From a virus, in the IMG/VR virus record IMGVR_UViG_3300044641_005939, positions 5,498 through 69,497 of that record: a stretch of 64,000 nt of DNA; one strand, 5' to 3'. The position numbers and the translations under genes were made by a program. The notes under the pieces were generated by a model. That model saw nothing but the letters and a program-made list of their open reading frames with translations, was not told the origin of the DNA and did no database searches. Numbering within the stretch: the first letter of the stretch is position 1; each line of letters starts with the position of its first letter. This document shows positions 59,032-64,000 of this stretch, one piece after another.

Positions 59032-59780
59032 CTATGTGGATGATTTCGATGGTGTTCTTGTTCTTGTTGGGGTGTTGGTTGATGTTCTAGTCTGAGTTGG
59101 CGTTTTAGTAGGACAGGCAGTTTCAGATTGTGTAGGAGTTTTTGTTGGCGTCTGAGTTACGGTAGATGTTCCTGTTTTTGTTGGTGTTCTTGTTGGTGTT
59201 TGTGTTCTAGTGCTAGTTCTGGTGGGGGTTGGAGTTCCAGTACTGGTGCGTGTTACTGTGGGTGATGGAGTGCCTGTTCTTGTTCTTGTTGGGGTGTTAG
59301 TTGATGTTCTGGTTGGTGTTCTGGTCTGAGTTGGTGTTGGGCTGATGGGCGGCGATTTTGTTGGTGTGCGTGTTTTAGTTTGATTTGGAGGATCAGCACT
59401 ACGAGTAACGCTTGGTGTTACGCTAACTGTTTTTGTGGGAGTTGATGTTCTAGTAGATGTTCTTGTTGGTGTTGGCGTTCTAGTATTAGTTCTTGTTGTT
59501 GTTGAAGTACTAGTTCTTGTTGTTGTTATTGTTGGAGTTGCTGTTGGTGTTGGTGTTCCTGTACGAGTTGGTGTGCTCGTGCGAGTTGTTGTTATAGTAG
59601 CTGTTGGTGTTTTAGTAGACGTTCTTGATGGAGTATTTGTTGGAGATAAACTAACTGATGGTGTTAATGTTGGTAATGGAGTATTGGTAGTTCCATACTG
59701 AGGAGTTAGCCAAAAACTCCATGATGGTCCAGTACCTGTTGGTGTTGATTGTGGAGTTCTTGTTGGTGTTGGTGTTGGAC
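59032..59780. repeat. Degenerate (T-x)n coding repeat (gttggtgtt / gttctt units on + strand)
   Basis: Visible low-complexity G/T-rich tract. Confidence 0.8.
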
Positions 59781-59787
59781 ATCCCAT
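59032..59787 (-). CDS. Thr/Pro/Arg-rich mucin-like low-complexity protein
   Basis: Nearly all of the 251 aa is TPTRT/TSTPT repeats; AAGGA RBS; co-oriented with the tail genes. Confidence 0.75.
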   Translation of the reverse strand: MGCPTPTPTRTPQSTPTGTGPSWSFWLTPQYGTTNTPLPTLTPSVSLSPTNTPSRTSTKTPTATITTTRTSTPTRTGTPTPTATPTITTTRTSTSTTTRTNTRTPTPTRTSTRTSTPTKTVSVTPSVTRSADPPNQTKTRTPTKSPPISPTPTQTRTPTRTSTNTPTRTRTGTPSPTVTRTSTGTPTPTRTSTRTQTPTRTPTKTGTSTVTQTPTKTPTQSETACPTKTPTQTRTSTNTPTRTRTPSKSST

Positions 59788-59798
59788 TATAAAAATCC

Positions 59799-62525
59799 TT
59801 AGTAATTAGTTGGACATTCTTGTAGTATAGCTGTGGCCTTAAGTACTGTACCACCACCCTCAACTGCTACTTTTCTTCCAGACGGAACTGGTACTGGAAT
59901 ACTGTTAGCAACTGCCACAACACTACCAGTAGTTATACCATAATCAATTACTTGTTGACCACTATATAATTCTACTGTAATAGTTTTATTTTCCCAGTCA
60001 TATGATCCATAGATAGTGGGTGTAGTAACAGATTTATCCATTGACTCTAATACTATATATGTTGATGTGGTAGTGTCGTAGTAGGCATATACTAAAGTAT
60101 CAAGATCATGAGATTTACCAATTCTATCAACAATCTTAATAAATGGATATGTATTTGTTGTTTCAGAACCTGCTGGTGTTGGAGTTGGAGTTGGAGTTGG
60201 CTGAGTGGACGTTGGTGTTATAGTAGGAGTTTGTGTTTGGGTATAAGATGGCGTAGGAGTATATGTTGGCGTAGCCGTTACGGTTGGTGTTGGAGTACCC
60301 GTGGGAGTAGGTGTTGGTTGACAATCTAAAACTGGTATTGTACTTTGATTTGCAGCAACTGGTTTTTTAATATATACTCCAGATTTAGCAATAATCAAAC
60401 CCTCCCCAGTAAGAGAAACTCCAATAACTACATCAATTTTTTCATAACCCTTTTTTAAGAGATCCTCCTCAGACTCCGGACATTCAGCTTGATCAGCACT
60501 ATCATATGGTCCTTTAACATCTGGGTGATTAGTCCCACAAAAAACAGGGTCATCAGCTCTTGTAGCTTGAAATGTCATTTGGTTATTTTCATCAACGCCA
60601 GCAGTACAACAATACCATTTAGTATAATCTTCTACTTTTGTTAGTACCCATGATCTTTCACAATCATCAGATCCTTTGCAGCTTACATCTTTATTAACTA
60701 TCTCATTACCATCTTTATCGAATATTTTTTTACCATAATTAATTAAAACGCCATATCCCTCACTAAACGGATTAACTCTTTTGGTAATTTTAGCTACTAC
60801 TATTTTATATTGTTGAGGACTAACCCATAAACCTCTTTCTCTATCAAATCTCAAGTCAATAGGAGCTGCTGGCCACGAGGTTGGTTTACTTAACCAGTCT
60901 TTTAAAAATCTATCTTTAAGACCTTCTGATTTAAATTCTCCATTTTTAGTAGATTCTTCACTATCTATTTCATTTGGGACTGGTTTACCATCAAGATCAT
61001 ATCCCCAGCTATGTAATACTAGTGGTCCTCTGAGTCCTAAAAATCTATAATCTTCGGAATATCTATTATTATTGTCGTTTTTATCATAAAAATTAGTAAT
61101 TAGCCCATTTTCTGGAACCTCATTATTTCGCCCAACAAGATCAATAACGTGACCATCCCCAGGTCCATCATGATGATGTTCGGGTGGTTGTTGTTGAGTA
61201 CCATTTGAAATATTATTAGCTAATGGATTAAAATATTTTTGTGTTAAATTTAAATTATAAGTATCATATTGTATACTAGTAGTCTCACACACTCCCTTAC
61301 TATCAAAAGGTGGTTGAGGAGACCACGGAGATGATTTATGAGAAGTATTTGAAGTATCATTTTCTAACAATGGAAAAATATATCTTGGTAAACCACCATC
61401 TCCCTTTAATGATAATGGCCCAAATAAACCATCCAAACTCATATATGCTTTAGACTCATAAGCATCTAACATTTCTGTGGAACTTTTATCTAATGTGCTT
61501 ATCCCAACAACAGTTCTTCCCACATTCATTGTTGTATCACTAGAACCATTTCCCCAATCATATACTTCTCCAACCATTATTCTTTGCAAAGAGGGACCCC
61601 CTCTATTATTCTTAGGCTCTGGTTTATTTAGAGCTGCATTTTTTTTGATCTTGCTACTTATTTTATTTTGAGTAATCTGTATATTTCGTATAAATCTAAT
61701 TTGTTCTTGTCTATTTTTAGCTATTTCTTTAAATTTTTCTATATACTGTTTATTTAATGAACCAAATTTTGGAGAAAATGTTTTAAATACATAATTTGTA
61801 GAAATACCATTACCGCCATACGAAAAATTAATACTAGACAAACTGGGGCCAGCACCACCCAACAAACTACCAAGAGTTGATATGTCAGGAAGGCCAGGAA
61901 TAGTTAAACCCCCACTTTCTGCTTTTATTAATCCTATTGCTTTATTTGATACTAATGATCTTCCAGCAGCATTCATAGATTCTATAGATCCAAAAACCCA
62001 GGGACAAAGACTTGGATCTGTTTCTACAGATGTTCCTCCAGCGCTAGAATAAAAATTAGGAGAGGCCCACGGCCCATACGTTAATATGTTGCTTTTCATA
62101 GGAATAGCAACCGCTGTTGGTATAAGAGCTGCTGGTTTAAAACCATATTTATGTATGGCTGATGAATCTACAGGAGCAGCAGACTTTGCACCTAGATTTT
62201 GTGATGCATGACAGAAATTTTTGGCTTTAAGATTATTTGCATTATTATGATTTACAGGTTGCTTACCAGCATTATTATTTATTTGTAGAATAGTTTGTAA
62301 AAATAGTAAGGCTTCTTTGGTTGCAAGTTCATCACCACATAATCTTATTCCAAGACTATCACTAAATTTAATAAGAACATATGGTGTTCTAGTACCATTT
62401 CCAGTTGGTATAATTTTTATGTTTTCTTCAACTTCTGCTTTTACCCATATGTTATTACCATTAGTTATAACATCATCCTGATTCATTTTGCTAGTATCAA
62501 TTTTTCCACAAACAATTCCAGCCAT
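59799..62525 (-). CDS. Large probable tail/virion protein with internal PT-rich linker
   Basis: 908 aa; RGPLVLHSWGYD...IDLRFD core; Cys-rich segment; PTPTPTGTPTPTVTATPT tract. Confidence 0.65.
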   Translation of the reverse strand: MAGIVCGKIDTSKMNQDDVITNGNNIWVKAEVEENIKIIPTGNGTRTPYVLIKFSDSLGIRLCGDELATKEALLFLQTILQINNNAGKQPVNHNNANNLKAKNFCHASQNLGAKSAAPVDSSAIHKYGFKPAALIPTAVAIPMKSNILTYGPWASPNFYSSAGGTSVETDPSLCPWVFGSIESMNAAGRSLVSNKAIGLIKAESGGLTIPGLPDISTLGSLLGGAGPSLSSINFSYGGNGISTNYVFKTFSPKFGSLNKQYIEKFKEIAKNRQEQIRFIRNIQITQNKISSKIKKNAALNKPEPKNNRGGPSLQRIMVGEVYDWGNGSSDTTMNVGRTVVGISTLDKSSTEMLDAYESKAYMSLDGLFGPLSLKGDGGLPRYIFPLLENDTSNTSHKSSPWSPQPPFDSKGVCETTSIQYDTYNLNLTQKYFNPLANNISNGTQQQPPEHHHDGPGDGHVIDLVGRNNEVPENGLITNFYDKNDNNNRYSEDYRFLGLRGPLVLHSWGYDLDGKPVPNEIDSEESTKNGEFKSEGLKDRFLKDWLSKPTSWPAAPIDLRFDRERGLWVSPQQYKIVVAKITKRVNPFSEGYGVLINYGKKIFDKDGNEIVNKDVSCKGSDDCERSWVLTKVEDYTKWYCCTAGVDENNQMTFQATRADDPVFCGTNHPDVKGPYDSADQAECPESEEDLLKKGYEKIDVVIGVSLTGEGLIIAKSGVYIKKPVAANQSTIPVLDCQPTPTPTGTPTPTVTATPTYTPTPSYTQTQTPTITPTSTQPTPTPTPTPAGSETTNTYPFIKIVDRIGKSHDLDTLVYAYYDTTTSTYIVLESMDKSVTTPTIYGSYDWENKTITVELYSGQQVIDYGITTGSVVAVANSIPVPVPSGRKVAVEGGGTVLKATAILQECPTNY

Positions 62526-62545
62526 AAAAATTCCCTATAATTAAG

Positions 62546-64000
62546 CTACGGGTTAAAAGGATCGGTGCCGGGATTCACGCCAATAGGAGGAGTACTAGAA
62601 GTATTAATACCAGAATCATTAAATAATGCAAAACATCCGACTCTGCTATCATTTTCTCTAAAAGCACTCAATTCAGGATCATATAATCCCAAAACTGGAA
62701 CTCCATCATCTACCCATGCCCCCTCATTGGTAGGAATATCTGAAAAAACTTTTTCAGCAAAAGCCTCATTATTTGATTGATAATAACAGATAGTTTGATT
62801 AAGAGGAGATATAAATTGTTTACCATAATAAGTAGAACCAAGTTGATTTAACCAATTCCATATAATGTTTAATTGAGAAAAAACATCAGACTTGGCTTGT
62901 TTAACAAAGGCTTGTCTAGGATTAGTAATATCGGACATTGGTTGGTTATCTACTTCTCTAATAAACTTTAATATTTCTGTCCTAATACCAGCCGGGCCAT
63001 CATCTACTATTTCAGGAAATTTATTTCTAATAGCAGCATTAAGCCCTCCATCTAAATCTGGAGTTGATACCCTAGCTATCCACAAATCAAATTCACTCAT
63101 AGCGGCTCTAATATCTAGTTCACTAATACTAAATGGACCATTACTATTAAAAGGATCATCTAACATACTATTAAGAGTATCAATTTTTTTATTAATATAA
63201 AATCCACAATCATCAAACTCATACGGTACAACAGAAATATACTCTGTACCATATAAGTCTTCTCCAAAATAAGGTAAAAATTTATCAGCAACACTAAAGT
63301 AATGTACTTTTTCACCAAATAATACGCTTTTTGTAATATCGTTTCTTAATTCTTGTCCATAAGAAATTTCAGTAGCATATCCATCATATGCTCCTAATAA
63401 TGATTCAAAACTAGTTACTGGAATTTTTAAATCAATTAATCCTATAGTTATATAATTATATCCTTCAAAATATACTAAATTAACATAAAACTCATATCCC
63501 GCAACATCACACATATCTTGTAGCATTTGTAACAATGTTATAGATGTTCCAGATATTCTGTAGTATTCTGGAAATCCTTGGGGAAAAGTAGCAAAAGATA
63601 CTCTAAAATTATATCCGGTTGGAGAAGATATAAATATTGGATTAGTAGCATCCATAGCTATAAGACCATTAATTGCCATTTGATATGGCATCCCTCTTTC
63701 ACCAGACATTGAACTACCAAAAACACTACAGTTTCCTTGTAATACTTGATTTTCGTAATAGTTATAAATATTTATATAATTAGGACCTCTTTGTGGATTT
63801 CCTAAATATGTATCTGTAATCACAACAACATTACCTAGTAATTGTCTAGGATCAACAACATTAACAGTATATGTTTCTCCTCCACTACTCTGATTAGCAG
63901 TAAAATTATTAATTATTCCACCAAAATTAAAAGCACCAGCACTAAAATAAACTGGAGCACCAACTTCTTTATATGAAATGGATGTTGTTTTTAACTCAAA
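62546..64000 (-). CDS. Large probable tail/baseplate protein (5' truncated by window edge)
   Basis: The frame stays open from 63823 to nt 64000 (FELKTTS...FNFGGII...VNVVDPRQLL); the ORF track GTG start is internal. Confidence 0.7.
   Translation of the reverse strand, partial: FELKTTSISYKEVGAPVYFSAGAFNFGGIINNFTANQSSGGETYTVNVVDPRQLLGNVVVITDTYLGNPQRGPNYINIYNYYENQVLQGNCSVFGSSMSGERGMPYQMAINGLIAMDATNPIFISSPTGYNFRVSFATFPQGFPEYYRISGTSITLLQMLQDMCDVAGYEFYVNLVYFEGYNYITIGLIDLKIPVTSFESLLGAYDGYATEISYGQELRNDITKSVLFGEKVHYFSVADKFLPYFGEDLYGTEYISVVPYEFDDCGFYINKKIDTLNSMLDDPFNSNGPFSISELDIRAAMSEFDLWIARVSTPDLDGGLNAAIRNKFPEIVDDGPAGIRTEILKFIREVDNQPMSDITNPRQAFVKQAKSDVFSQLNIIWNWLNQLGSTYYGKQFISPLNQTICYYQSNNEAFAEKVFSDIPTNEGAWVDDGVPVLGLYDPELSAFRENDSRVGCFALFNDSGINTSSTPPIGVNPGTDPFNP

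Noticed and set aside
59435-59701. Plus-strand Val/Gly/Leu-rich ORF that looks like a membrane protein
   Set aside because: It is the antisense shadow of the Thr/Pro repeat gene, which has the RBS and the operon context.
59032-60320. Repeats considered as a CRISPR array or DGR template/variable repeat
   Set aside because: They are degenerate codon-level repeats with no constant repeat-spacer period, and there is no reverse transcriptase or cas operon in the window.
62526-62548. Stop-codon readthrough or recoding joining the two large minus-strand ORFs
   Set aside because: The 20-nt gap puts them out of frame, and genes throughout the window are intact in the standard code with all three stops used.
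621-63200. Numerous 60-140 aa ORFs antisense to or nested in long genes
   Set aside because: They overlap well-supported genes, lack RBSs and motifs, and are expected shadow ORFs.
1-64000. Cellular (bacterial or archaeal) or giant-virus origin
   Set aside because: No ribosomal or housekeeping operons; the phage-type replication set, bacterial RBS and sigma70 signals and dense coupled ORFs indicate a large bacteriophage. Capsid and terminase genes are not in this window, so the call rests on gene content.

Overview
This window is a gene-dense, AT-rich segment of a large lytic dsDNA tailed-phage genome. It is almost entirely on the + strand until about 55 kb, with a convergent - strand virion/tail block at the right end. 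There is no rRNA, tRNA, CRISPR array, integrase or IS. From left to right: (1) thioredoxin, a membrane-anchored small protein, an actin-fold ATPase resembling archaeal volactin, a subtilase and a trypsin-like protease; (2) small early genes and a macrodomain; (3) a ~10 kb nucleotide-sugar/glycosyltransferase island (RfbB-like 4,6-dehydratase, HAD phosphatase, NeuB, YerE-like ThDP enzyme, His-type RfbH/ColD dehydratase, GT11, CAP59-like); (4) nucleotide salvage genes, a degenerate bacterioferritin, a phage sigma factor, ClpP-like and degenerate DeoC-like genes; (5) a membrane-protein/papain-peptidase cassette; (6) a replication block (dCMP deaminase, class II RNR, PhoH, RecA, DnaB, DnaG, dNMP kinase, Cas4-like nuclease, an intein-less split DnaE with a DnaQ-like exonuclease between the halves, SSB); (7) two Cys-rich paralogs and a second glycosylation island with eukaryote-type protein glycosyltransferases (GT60, PLOD-type) directly abutting Thr/Pro mucin-like virion-region proteins. 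Two promoter classes are visible: CTTGAC-N17-TANNNT and RGTGTAT. The best candidates for undescribed biology are a phage mucin-type O-glycosylation system, a phage pathway for a branched yersiniose-like sugar plus a nonulosonate, and a membrane-anchored volactin-like cytoskeleton module. All family calls come from recognising motifs by eye, without database searches.
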